A stretch of 64,000 nt of DNA from Fistulifera solaris. Lineage: Eukaryota. The position numbers and the translations under genes are program-made. The stretch covers positions 62,001-126,000 of the forward strand of contig AP026124.1 of NCBI GenBank assembly GCA_030295235.1, written 5' to 3'. Numbering within the stretch: the stretch's first letter is position 1; the number at the start of each line of letters is the position of its first letter. The notes under the pieces are model-generated. The model was not told where the DNA came from and searched no databases. It saw only the letters and a program-made list of their open reading frames with translations. Of the stretch, positions 36,807 to 49,500 are shown one piece after another.

Positions 36807-39800
36807 ATGTCGTGGCAACCAAACAACAACAGCAATAACAACAATAGCAATGATGGCTTTCCCGGTGGGCCGACGCGGCGATTTCCGGACTTTTCCGAAG
36901 AGGGTGAAATCGGAGAAGAAGAAGGAGAAATTGTCGTAGCTTCCAATAATCCTCCTCCGCCACCTCCTCCGGGAAATCCGAATACTCCCAATAGTTTGCA
37001 TCGCAGTATTAGTAACGCATCGGCGTCGGGTGCTCCGGTTCCGCCGTTTGCTCGTAGAGGACGGCGGCCCTCGTGGGGCGGTAATCCAGGTGGAGGTCTC
37101 GTCGGAAGCGGTAGAGGTATTGCTGGTAGAGGAGGGATACCACCGCCTTTTGCGGGACGCGGTAGAGCTATAGGCAATCGACATGGTTCATTCACGGGGT
37201 CGGTTCCTTCTTTAACTCCTCCACCGCCACAACAAGTTCGTAGTCAATCCTTTGCCGGCTTTCAAAGCAACGCCAGTGCAGCCAATCCAGGGATGATGCA
37301 CCGACGACCAACGGATCCCAGATTTCGAAGCGGCGAGTTGGGTGGAGCGACGGCCGCTTTGGCGCGTTCCGGCAGTTTCTCTCTGCAAGACACTAACGCG
37401 CCTGTGCTCACGTCGTCGTACAGTAGTTTGGCGGAACTGGCGAATCCGCATGCAGAAATGCTTTCCCGATCGACATCGGCAAGTGCTGTAGCCGAAACTC
37501 GGCCGCGTGAGCCGTCGTTTCATGATGAGGTCTTTTCCAGGAGTGTTGCGCCGCCACCGGCTGACACCTATCGTGCATTAGAGGGCGAGGCTCCCGATCG
37601 ATACACGTCCTTGTCAAACTCTCGTCACGAAGGAAACGCCTTTACTTCTCGAAACGCTTGGTCAGACGCGCCTCCTTTTCGTGAGCAGGAGGGACCGTAC
37701 CGAGAGCCCCCAGCGTTTCCTCGTCAACAAGGAGGGCCTTCTCGTGACGTTCACCCGTTCCGTGAACAAGGAGTACCTCCTCGGGATGGTCCTCCGTTTC
37801 GTGAAACGTCATTGCAAGAATCAAACGTGTGGCGAGGGAATGATGGTTCTGGTGATGCTGGCTTTGTCCCGCGTCAAATTCGGGATGGGCTCCCTCTGTC
37901 TCGGTCAATTTCCGAGCCAGTAGTGCCGCAACATGCGGAGTCTACCACCATTGGCAGTAACTTCCCGCGTCCTCCTCCTCCACCGCTCCCAGTTCAAGGC
38001 GGTGGATATCGTGGCTTTCGAAACGACTTTCGTGGGGAGCATCAATCCGACTTTCCTAGACGATCGCCGCCGCATCGTGGCCGACCCATGTTTGCAGGCA
38101 GAGGAGCTGGTCCTCCGCCCCCGAGCATTTCCCGAAACAGCTCGTTTGGTGCACCGCCACAGCCATTACAATCGGCACACCCTTTCACGGGAAGAAGACT
38201 GGATCCTCGTTTGCAAAGCGAAACTTCGAACAATGTCGACGCTTATTATCCCCCCTACGAGTACAGTAGACGAAGAAGGCGAAGTTTATGGCGATGTCTC
38301 CAGCAGCACCTCTCCGTTCCGAAAATCTTCCTTTCCATCGAATTCACAGTTGCCTTCCGAATCCTTTGGACGTGGCGATCAACCTTCTCAGAGTTCCACC
38401 GCAGGCTCGCCACAACCAAGGAAACCTGTTGTACTTACTCTTTTCCAACCTTCACCGGGCTCGTCGCTTTTACCTCCAGCTCCTTCTATTTCAGAAACTG
38501 TCGAAGAAGCTCCATTATTGACTACGACACTGGAAAATGATGAAGATGCAGACCGTGCCGAAAAAGTCGTGTTGTTTGTCAGCGAGCTTTTAAACAATAG
38601 CAATCGCAAATCGATTGACCCGGGAACTGTCAGCGAACTGCCAAAGAAACACTTGATCCTTCGAGCGGTCTCTTTGATGGACGGCAAGATGAAGAGTAAG
38701 CAAAGCGATGTAGAATCCAAGGAAACAGAACTAGAATTGCAGCTAAAGAAAAACGCAGAGCTTTTCGAGAAAGCTCGGAACGAAGCTGCCGCTGAAGCCG
38801 AACGGAAGAATAAGGAGCAGTTGCAATTTGATAAAGAGACTGACGATAAGGAAATTGCTGAGCTCGAAGCTGAACTTGAAACTATTATGATAGCTCGGAA
38901 AGAAGGTTTTGAACAAGAAGTCGCGGCGGAGGAAATCTTGCCCACAGCATCAACAATGGTGGATAGCATCCGCGCGAAACGGGAAGAGGAAATAAAACAG
39001 CAGATCAAGGTAGCTTCTGAGTCATTCGACAAGGATATTGAAAGCACTCGTTGTCAGCTTGATCAGCTCCAAGAGGAGCTGGCGAAGACTAAGGCTCAAC
39101 TCGCCGCTGCTGAGGTTGAACATGAGGAAAAGTCCAAGGTAGAAGACGCGAGGAGCAAACCCAAAGACACTCAACAGTCTCACCACCTGGTAACCAACAT
39201 CATTGCAGAGAATAGACGTCGTGCAGCAGAAGCCAATATATCTGTTTTTTCGGCGGTTGTTTCTGAGGATGAAAATCAGGTGGACAAACTAGCAATGTAT
39301 GGAGCGCTTGACGAGGCAAAAGATCCAAAATTTGGAAAGACTAGCGCAGAGTGGGCTACGCTGACGCAGCAAGTTAGCGGCTTAGCGGATGCTCTGTACC
39401 ACGAACCGGAAGAAACTCCGTTCTTTGCAAGAAACCAAGAGACGCATGCCGCAATGGAGCCCTTGGTAAAAGCGTTTGTTCGGGATACACAAACGCGCCT
39501 CACCAAACATTGGACAACGTTGGCCGAGGAATACGAATTTCGCTCCCGGGCTTATAAGAGGACACGTAAAGAAAACGAAAAGAAGGGAAAGCAGCGAAAT
39601 TCAATGATGGCAAGGACTTCAATCATCGCACGTACAGTGATGCCCATTCTTGAGTCGACTGGTTCTCCGGGAGCAGCCGCAGGTCGTACCTCTACTAATC
39701 CATATCGACGGGCCAGAAGAGGAAATGAAGTTCGATCTGAATATGAACAAGAGCAGATCATTGCTGAGATTGCGGCCAAAGAGGCAATGGAGAAACGAAT

Positions 39801-41549
39801 CGCGTTTGGCGGATGCAAAACCCCGAGGCAAATTGGGGCTGTTGAACGGCAGTTGACGGCTAACTTTTATAATACCTTCACCGCGCAAAAGGTGGATGTT
39901 GTGGAGCAAGAAAAGTTATGCGCTATGGAGAATATGTGGACCGACACCGAAAAGTGCATTTTTCTGGACAGATTTCTACAGCATCCGAAAGACTTTCGAA
40001 AGATTGCATCCTTTCTAAGGAACAAAACCACTCGTGATTGTATTAAGTTTTATTACGATTCAAAGCAAACGGTTTCCTACAAGGGGGCACTTAAAGAACA
40101 TATTATGCGAAGAAAGCGACGAGGAGAGTACCACGTGTGGGAGGCAACGATTCAGGCAGCTCTATCGGTTGGCGCTGTGGTGAAAGCGGGGACGGACGAA
40201 GAAAATCCCTTGGTATTCACCCTCCCTGAAAATGATTGCACCTACAATACTCGTGATTTACATCCTTTGAACCAGGAAGTGTTTGACTCGATGGAATTCA
40301 ATGAAGAAGAGGCTGCCAGATATCAAGCTAAACTAGACAAAGAGGCGAAGTCGAAAAAGTCAAAGAAACGTAAGGTACCCGATCTATTTTTACTAGAACC
40401 AGAACAGCGCAAGTATCTTCGACCCGATACGCCTGAACAAACTGTGGAAGAAAAGCCATTGAAGAAATCGTTGAGCAAAGCGAGCGTTGCTGAGTCGTTT
40501 CCCATTTCAATGACCGATGAGCAGCCGAGTCACGCCCGCAAATCCGCTTCTAAGAAATGGACCGCATCTGAAAAAAAATTTTCCTTGAGACAGTAGAGAA
40601 AAACGGTAGGAACTGGAAAGTTCTCGAAGATGCAATCGGAAGCAAATCAATTTCACAAATCAAAAACTACTACTACGATTGGAAGAAGGGTGGTAAGGAG
40701 AAGCCGGACAAGAGGGGTTCCAAATCCGACCAAACAGTTGATGGGAAAGTAGATGAATCGCAGACTGAAGATGGCGACATTGCGACTCCGGTACCGAAGA
40801 GAGCGGTATCAGCACAAACCAGTTCTCCCTTGCCAGACCAGCCTGAGCACAATGAGCATCTCGGTATTCCGATGCACCTGCAGCAGAATTCTCCTTTTTC
40901 GCAGCCCTCGGCCAACCTACCGTTTAATGCACACTCACTATCCGGTCTGTCACCAAGCTTTCAAATGCCAGGTGCTCCTGATATCTTAACACAGTTGCGT
41001 CAAATGCAACTTGAACGTTCTAGATCTCGTTCTGGAACGTCGTCTCCTGAATTGACTGCGGATGTATGGGCTCAAATTCAGCTGTTGCAGTCGCAGCAAC
41101 ATCAACTAAGTCGTGAAGATGCTTTTCGAGCACTTGTCCAGCAGCAGCAACATCATCAACAACAACAGCAACACTTGTCGGGTGTTCTTCCTTTCCTACA
41201 ACAACAGCAGCTTCAGCAGCATCCACACGGAGCCTCTATAAACGATTGGAACAACGACCAGCAGTTGCAAAGATTGATTCTTCAGAATATGAGGGGACTA
41301 GGTTTAGGCGGTGGAGGGGGGAACGGGGCACTTCATCAGCTGGCTTTGGCTGGGCTTTCTACTGGCTTGCCTGGTGTAACACATGCTCCTCAAGATCCAC
41401 AACAAGTTGCATTACAGCATCTCCTCGCCTTGCAACAGCAAAATCAAGCACGACCGGAACCATCTAATACCGACGCCTTAGCGCTTCTTGCAAGAGCTCT
41501 TTCAGAAGGAAGAAATAACTCTCACGATCCTGGAAACAATAATCCGTAA
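36807..41549 (+). CDS. NCoR/SMRT-like corepressor (Snt1/POWERDRESS family) with two SANT domains; frameshifts near 38250 and 40575
   Basis: IIAENRRRAAEA, LYHEPEET, RSEYEQEQII, SANT1 WTDTEKCIFLDRFLQHPKDFRKIASFLRNKTTRDCIKFYYDSK; SANT2 after frameshift WTASEK..FLETVEKNGRNWKVL...QIKNYYYDW; Q-rich tail. Confidence 0.85.
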
Positions 41550-41590
41550 TAATACGCAAAAATAATAAGCGTAATCTCAGTATCTACTAG

Positions 41591-42394
41591 TTAGTTGAGA
41601 ATTTGGAGCTGGTCTCCAAGGGAAAGATGAGCCGATTCATCAATAGCCGCATATATTCCCAGAAAAGGCCCATGCTCGGGAAAGTATTCGGTCAAAAGCT
41701 TGGGAACGTCGATTATTGTGGCAGGATCGTTTGGATCCACGCTGACACCATCGCAGCGCACAGTCTTGCTCAGAACAGTGAGACGCAATTGGTTCTTGTT
41801 AGACACAAGTGTCTTTCCGATCCACGTAAATTCAGCCCACGCTGGTGCATTTTGAATCACAATGTTCGGACGAAAGCGTGAAGCATTCAAGAGGATGCCC
41901 GTCTTCTGTGAAACATCATCCACGGTGGCTTGATTGACAATGTGTACGACTCGGCTATCTTTCCGGTTTTTGATTCCAGAGCTCGTGTTACCGAAATGGA
42001 ATGTTTCTGACTGGATGCATTTTACTTTCTCGCCGGAGAGATTGCTCATGTAGGATGCTAATTTTTCGCGTCCATGCTCGGAAGTAAGGTCGATGGGTCC
42101 TAAAACGTACTCTTGGCTCTCCCGAGACATTAACTCTAACATTCCATCGTGATAGGAAGAATGTAAAGAAGCCAAGAGTCGAGGCTGAGTAAAAGCACAA
42201 AGAAAATTGTCTTTGTGTAGCCATTCTCCTTCCGGCCATTCTCTCGATGCTTTCAATAAGGCGTATCTTCGATCATCCGGAAAACGGCCTGACGACAAGT
42301 CCACGGATGTCAAAGGATCGCCCGACAATCCTTTGACGGCATAGCGATACAGTTCTGTGACTGAGAAGGCTTCGATGGGAGATAACATTATCAT
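41591..42394 (-). CDS. MOSC-domain protein (mARC/YcbX-like)
   Basis: LYRYAVKGLSG, DRRYAL, RFRPNIVI, VRC, LGIYA. Confidence 0.85.
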   Translation of the reverse strand: MIMLSPIEAFSVTELYRYAVKGLSGDPLTSVDLSSGRFPDDRRYALLKASREWPEGEWLHKDNFLCAFTQPRLLASLHSSYHDGMLELMSRESQEYVLGPIDLTSEHGREKLASYMSNLSGEKVKCIQSETFHFGNTSSGIKNRKDSRVVHIVNQATVDDVSQKTGILLNASRFRPNIVIQNAPAWAEFTWIGKTLVSNKNQLRLTVLSKTVRCDGVSVDPNDPATIIDVPKLLTEYFPEHGPFLGIYAAIDESAHLSLGDQLQILN

Positions 42395-43276
42395 TTATTT
42401 CATGGATGAATGAATAGTAGGAATGTGGTGGATGCCCCATCACGTGTGACGAATTTTGTTTCTTTTCAACGAGAAACTTTCACTATAGGCTTCAATTGTT
42501 GGTTGTAAGCAGCCACGACTGCATTTCAGTCATGAATTACAGTATCTGTCATCTGTCCCTGGATAAGGAAACGCACTGCTATGCTGCTTGGTACATTTGG
42601 CGTACGTGATAGTACACAATTTCCCGAACCTCCGGTACAAGGTACAAGTACCGGTACTGGTATTATTTATTCCCTGTGCCGACGTTCCGGCTCTTGACTC
42701 TTGACAAGCGCCGTAATGAGAAATGTTAAAACTAAAAGACTCCGGAGTCCGGAGTCGTCCTCCGGAATTTAAAGAAATAATTAGAATGAGAGTAATGCGT
42801 GTGATGAGTGATGAGTGATGAAATGAGCAGTGACGTATCACAAATGCAAGTTCAACCTTTCTCTTCCCACTTTGCACGCTTACTATCATCGAAAACAGCA
42901 TTCAGGGTTCTGGTTCTGGGAAAAGATTCTATCCTACGTAGTAAAATTAACACTTATTCTTTATTCTTCTTGGTTATTCCATCTGAATAGTAAATAGTAG
43001 CAATGATTTTTCATGCAGTATTCCCGAAAGACAACGAGCACACGGAAAATTTTCGATTGCTATCATCTTGATTGTACTAAACAGAAGAAGACGTTGGGGG
43101 GAGGCGGAGAAAAGAGCTCAGCTTTGCAGCTCGACCTCGCCCCTCCCGCAAGAGACGCGCGGGCCGAAAAATTATTACCGTTGCTCTGGTATTGACGTTG
43201 GCTTTTGTTATATTTTAAGTCCTATCGACTATCGACTATTGATAATTGTTGATTCGAAACTCACTTTTCGTTATCG

Positions 43277-44620
43277 ATGTCGCGACGATCTATCGAGCTG
43301 GACGATCGACTCTCAAACGATCAAAAGACTTTCACATTGCGTCGGACTCGTCGGGGATCGCACGAAGCCGTGACACTCTCGAAACGCAAAGTCTGGAACA
43401 AGGCCATGGCGATCGAGCGTGTCCGTCAAATCATCGGGACTGATACACCACTTGATCTGGCGACGTTTGATAAGAAAGAACTTCTGTTGGGGAGAGTTCT
43501 GGGCCGAGGAAGCTTCTCTGTTGTAGAGGAAATCACTTCCATCTGTTTTCTGGCGAATTCATCGTCGATCACCAGTCAGCATCGCGAGGAACTTCGTCTC
43601 AAAGAAGAAGAGCGAAACTTTCTGGCACAACATTGTCTTCGATCGTCGGGTATCGGTCGTCCGTCACCGCGATACGCTCTCAAGCGGTTGCAAACGAACG
43701 GCGACTGGAACGGTGTGGCGGATTTGGTCATCGAATCACATTTCTTGCGGCGGTTACAACATCCCAATCTCATCAAAATTAGAGCTGTTTCCGTGGGAGA
43801 TGCCTTTCATCTAGGCTTTTTTCTAGTCCTGGATCGATTATATTGTACATTACAAACTAAATTACGGCAATGGAAGAGAGATGAACGGAATTTGTGGAAT
43901 TGTCGTCGCTCATCCAACATGGGAGAACGCTTAATTGCTGCGTATCATTTGGGTTCAGCGTTGCAATATTTACATGAACAAAGAATTTGTCATCGTGATA
44001 TCAAACCAGAAAATTGTGGTTTTGACATTGTAAGTATTCATTGACTCCCCAGCAGCTGATACGTATTGCGACTCACACATTATCCCCGCCTCTTTGCAGC
44101 GCGGTGACATTAAAATTTTGACCTCGGTCTGGCGCGGGAAATGAGAAATTCGAATGCGGACGGAACCTACAATCTCTCCCACATGACCGGAACGCTACGA
44201 TTCATGGCTCCGGAAGTCTTTCAAGAAGGCAAGTCCTACAATGAGCTTTGTGATGTTTACTCGTTTGCAATTTTATTGTGGCAAATGATCGTGTTAGAAC
44301 AACCGTTCCGACACATGAATGATGAACAGACGTTCGTCAAGATTGTGTTTGAGAAACATGGTCGGCCGGAGCTCGCCAAGGTTCATCCACCGCGGTGTCA
44401 AGCCTTGCTCAAAAAGGCGTGGCACGCTATCCCGAATGAACGCCCTTCCATGTCGGAAGTTTGCTCCGATTTGCGACGAATGACAATGGAAATTGAGTTT
44501 GGCGAAAGCGGTGATTTCGAAACAGCCAGTCGAAGATCTACTTTCATCTATGACGAAACAGAAAATGGAAATATAATGGAAAATTTGAGTGACGGCAGTT
44601 CGAAAAAATCTGTCAAGTGA
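43277..44620 (+). CDS. Protein kinase (TKL-like); intron 44030-44099; frameshift near 44117
   Basis: LGRGSFSVV, YALK, HRDIKPEN, corrected KIFDLGLA, GTLRFMAPE, DVYSFAILLW. Confidence 0.88.
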
Positions 44621-45180
44621 GAGATATAAATGAGTTTTGCACACCATTTTGAAAAAAGAATCTTGATTACTGGAGGGAAATTTTACAGAGGACGAGTAGA
44701 TGATTCATTTTAGTGTTGATAGAAGCGATAAACCATACAACTAGAGATTGTTTCGAAGCTACTATAAGGTAGTAGCTGGACGACACTCGATGAACGTAAC
44801 TTTGGAACTCAAAAAAAATGGCATGAGCCGTTGATCCGATCGTCTTTCGGCCGCTTCGCACTTCGCACCTCTTCACTCTCCAACTATGTTTTCCGTTCAT
44901 GACTCCCGTGGACGAAGGTGAAAACCGGGTGGATGTGCATTAGATATAAGGATTTATTGTGGTCTACTTTTAAACTGATAGTCACTTTACACGCCAGCCA
45001 CGCCACCTAGTCGACAAAAACGAAACAACAACGCGCATTTCGCAAATTTTCGGAACGCACCGTGTTCACGACTTTTTCTCCTCTGCTCGCCGGGGTCCAT
45101 TTCTATCGCGTGACTGTGCAGGAAGGAACCCTTCACTATGCATACGAGGAACTAGAACATATATTTTCAGTTTTGTTAAA

Positions 45181-46482
45181 ATGTCGGCTGGTTTAGGAAC
45201 TTCCAAACGACGAACGGTCGGCGCAAGTTCTTCCGCTGCTTATTTGTTTTCAAAAGTCAAAGTCCCTTCCACGTCGACACAGTCGGTACTTCCATTGCGT
45301 AGAAGAAGAATTACGTCGAGAAGATCACGTCGGAGAATCATCTGGTTCTTTACTATAACTGCGATAGCGGCCTGCTTTCTTGTTTCGTCTGTTTTGCTGA
45401 AACATCGGACCAAACCTGCGATATGGCGCAACCCGATGAATGTAGTTCACGTCGTGCAGACTCGCTTCATGCAATTTCAACCTCATTTATCACAACTGGG
45501 TTGGGCACGTTTCTACCTGTTTCGAGCTATTACTTTACCGAGTATGCTGTTGCAGTCAAATCAAGATTTTTTGTGGATTATCCGAGCCGATCCGAATCTC
45601 AACAGCGAATTGAAAAGTGCTATGAAAGAACTTGTCGAAGACTATCCGAATATCGTATTGAGTGGGAGCAATACAAATCCAGAAGGGTTCAAGTGCTCGA
45701 ACTGTATCGAAGATTTGAAAGAGAATCTGTGGTCGGGTAGCTGGGAAATGATAGAATCCTACTGGGAAGCCGCCAAGACACACACCGTTTTAGAGACGCG
45801 CTTAGATGCCGATGATGCACTGTGGCTAGGTTACATTGACTGGATACAATCAAGAGGAAATGTTGAACACTGGAAGGTTTGGTGCCCTGAAAATCATTTA
45901 GAGTGGCATAGCGGGCGTGTTTGGCGGAATCGTACGTCGGAAAAAGGTAGTTTGATAGGCCTTCATTTACCACATTGCGTAACGGCTGGACTCACTTGGG
46001 GCTACGGCGTAGGAACGGATCTGCACGATACACCTACCCACAAACATGAACAGATTCACAAGCACGTTTCTGCTTGTGCGAAAAATACTACCGATCAATG
46101 TCTGCGTCGGGTGACTCCACCCGATCAAATGCCGTCGGTGTTGCGCGCTCGAACGCTTACCAGCGCTGGGATGGAGCATGTCTTAGCCGATGGCAAGAGC
46201 GAAACACCGGCAGAAGAAAGCTTTCGAAAGAAGTTGCGTCATTCAACCTGGCAAAATTCCCAAGAAGAATTATTTGAAGGGATGATGTTTGTGTTCGGCA
46301 TTAGTGATGTCGATTTGCAGGAGACGAGAGAGTTTCTAGAAGATCACAAGGCAGAAATTGCTATGGAGGCACTGAAAGGGCAATGTACAAAAGGCCATTC
46401 ATGTAAAAACGAAACCAGATTGTTGCTTAACAATGTCTTGCGTGGATCAAAAGAAGATGGAAATGGTCAAGCAATCAAATAG
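45181..46482 (+). CDS. Putative rhamnosyltransferase-like (GT-A) type II membrane protein
   Basis: TM helix; LFRAITLPSMLLQSNQDFLWII, TRLDADDAL. Confidence 0.7.
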   Translation: MSAGLGTSKRRTVGASSSAAYLFSKVKVPSTSTQSVLPLRRRRITSRRSRRRIIWFFTITAIAACFLVSSVLLKHRTKPAIWRNPMNVVHVVQTRFMQFQPHLSQLGWARFYLFRAITLPSMLLQSNQDFLWIIRADPNLNSELKSAMKELVEDYPNIVLSGSNTNPEGFKCSNCIEDLKENLWSGSWEMIESYWEAAKTHTVLETRLDADDALWLGYIDWIQSRGNVEHWKVWCPENHLEWHSGRVWRNRTSEKGSLIGLHLPHCVTAGLTWGYGVGTDLHDTPTHKHEQIHKHVSACAKNTTDQCLRRVTPPDQMPSVLRARTLTSAGMEHVLADGKSETPAEESFRKKLRHSTWQNSQEELFEGMMFVFGISDVDLQETREFLEDHKAEIAMEALKGQCTKGHSCKNETRLLLNNVLRGSKEDGNGQAIK

Positions 46483-46562
46483 CTTTCTCAATCTAGAAAA
46501 GATTACTAGAGCATTTTTCGCTTCAAATTTTTAAAAAAGGATACATGCTAGTTTTACAATTT

Positions 46563-49500
46563 TTAGCGGGGCCATGCTCCATGATCAAACATGGGGACGC
46601 TGTCGTAGCGATAATCATCGTGTCCACCAATTGTGGCTTTAGAACAAAGGTGCGCTAAACGTCGCTCTAACTGAAATAGACTAGGGAACTCGTTCGAGTG
46701 CTTTTTCGTCCACGCAGCCGCTTTTTGAGGATCCGTGTTTTGCACCGGCACACGCACACCGGTAATGCTTGTCTTGTTCAGTTTCGCGAGTACAAAATCC
46801 TCGATGGTTTTGGGATTGAAAATAGGGTGCTCGGTTCGGTGTTTCAGTATTGAGAAAAGGCCCCCAGAAGCTACCTGTACCAAAAGAGCTGTATCGTGAA
46901 CCCAGGGGCACCACCACATAGGCATGCCCTTTAAATATCCCATCGACTCGGATCGAGTAAGATCTTTAACAACTTCAGAGCGCTCCGAACAGACATATAT
47001 GCTAGAGCGCAGAAGCTGGACCCGCCGCAAAATTGCATTGGCATATCCAACTGATTGCAATGAGTGATTCTCAAGACTCACGCAAGGATCTGGCAAGGGC
47101 GAGGGTTGCAATTTACTCGGCTCGGGATGCACGCTAACACCGAAGGCGGTCGCATAGTCGCCATGGCTGCCTCGGGCATTTCTCGTAGAGCCACCGTTAC
47201 CATTGACACACAAACGAAGACAATGGGGAAGGAGAAATTTTTCCACATAGAAAGCCAGCTGCGTAGTATCCGGGACGGTACAGCTCGGAAGAGCTGTCAC
47301 AATTTGCTGCCTGAAGGATTCTTGGGAGAAAGCGCTGAGGGCCCCGTTTTCAAAAGCGATCCCAGAATCCCTACTGAGATCTTCTAAGAAAGCCGGACTA
47401 ATTTTGACTTCGTCTGACTTCGAAGGAAAGCCGAGAAATAATACAGCGACACAAATCGTCGCTCTCAGTTCAGCGTTCGACAAGAAATCAGATGGAATTC
47501 GATTGATGGGGTCAAAACCTTCGAACTTCCTCGCCTTTTCAATATCAGTATCGAGCTGTGAACCAGCAGATTGGGTCCTTTTCCCTTCCCCTTTCAACTC
47601 AACTTCCCCGGTCGTGATTCGTGACGCGCTCCGGGCGTCTTCGGTGCCATAGTAGCGGAGACTTTCTCCAGCAAGCAACTCTGCTGCGCACGAGTCGCGA
47701 GCATGCACAAGTCCAGTAATAGCATAACGGGTTAAATTCATAGGGATACCAAGAGCACGAAGATAGCGTGGGGCATCTGTGCCGTAGGCAACCTGGGAGA
47801 GGTTGACACTAGCGGGACCATAGCCATAATCAGAACCGTCATTTAAAGTACGGTGAGATGACCCACATTGGTTGCTACCGATACCAATGCCCGAAAACTC
47901 GGGTGCGATTTCGGTGAGCTCAGGAGCAAATTCCGTGATGGCATGCTTGTGAACGCTAATCAAAGTCATTATGTCTGGCGATGTACTCCACAATGGTTCA
48001 GAAGAGGGCTCGTCCCACTCTTGGGGATAAAAACTGTCAGAATGTGCTTCCATTTCGACTGCGTCAAGGATGCAGCGCAAACGAAAGTCAAGTATTCTTG
48101 CATCAGGCATTGATAACAAACGCTCTTCTTCTTCTCCGTTGTCATTTCTGGAACCATCGACTTCGTCTGGCGACAAGTCGCCGACCAACCTAGATTCTAC
48201 CGGAACGCGACCACCAGAAAAAACCGTGTGCTCCTTGACAACCAAAGCTGGTTGTTCTTTCACCGCATCGTGCATGCGCTTAATCAAGCGGGGGAGAGTT
48301 ACAAAGTGGGAATCCGTCCCGTCAAACGCAAATGCATCTTCTACTTGTGTATCAGGCATTTCACTTATGACAGCTTCCGCTTCCGCCCCACCTTTACGCA
48401 GTAATGCGGCGTCCTCTTCGCGTTTTGACGCCGCTTTGGCCGCGGCAGCAACGGCAGCTTGTACTTCGAGCTCCGCTTTGATGCGAGCGGCTTCCAACGC
48501 ATCATCAAAGACAACTACGGCTGCAGAAGATGCTGTTCGGAAGGTTTCTGCAGCATCAATACTCGCCGCATCATATTGGGAGACACGAGCAATCCTTTCC
48601 AAGAATGGTAATTCAAAATCATTGCGCATAGCTTCGTAATTTCCAAGACCATGGATAAACGAGCCGACCAAAAGACTAATGTCGCAATCTCTGTCCCACC
48701 ACGTAGCTGGTGCTTTGAGATTCAAACCTTTGTAACAAGTCCCAACAATAAGCGAGAGCTCTTCAGTCGTAACAAAGCGGGCTTTAAGGTCTGCATCGAG
48801 CGTTGCCAAATCTGACGAACTACAGCCTCGCTTTCCGAGTGCTTCGTGACCTAGGGTTCCTAAGATTGAGTCGAGACAATTATTTATGAAGCGATTCAAT
48901 CGCGAAAGTATCCCAATCCTCCTCAGAGAACGTAGAGCGGCGCCTTGACGAATTTCGAGAACAAAGGTTGGATCCGTGAGTATCAAGGGTAGCCTTAACT
49001 CCCGTTCAAGACTTTCCACCTCCAATTGTGTTTGCAATGCTGTGCGCACAGCATCGCAAATCCAATTTATCTCTTGAGCGCTACTAAACCCGAGCCATTC
49101 TTTCAGCAGCAAGCGTAAATTTGAAGGAGCACTTGCTCGCGAATGAAACCTCAAAGCGACGGCGACCTGCAGGCCCACTTGATATATAAACGCCCGCAGA
49201 AAACTTTCAAGATCTTGAAGAGGAAGACCACACAGATTGGACTCGCTTCGCAGTTTACAAAAACGTGCAAAACCATACCGTATCGTAGCGGCGATGGCGC
49301 GATTGCGCTGGGGAGCTTCCCAGGCCTGTTTAAGTCTTTCTAGCACAGGGTTCGCGTTCTCGGCTCTTTTCAGAGCCTGCATTCTCTCGTTCTTCTTTGA
49401 TTTCTTGGGTTTTGGCTCAATAACCTCCTTGTCCTTGACTTCCTTTGTTATTCCAAGCGGAAGTCGCTTGATAGGCAAGGCGGGTTTGCTCTGCGTCTCT

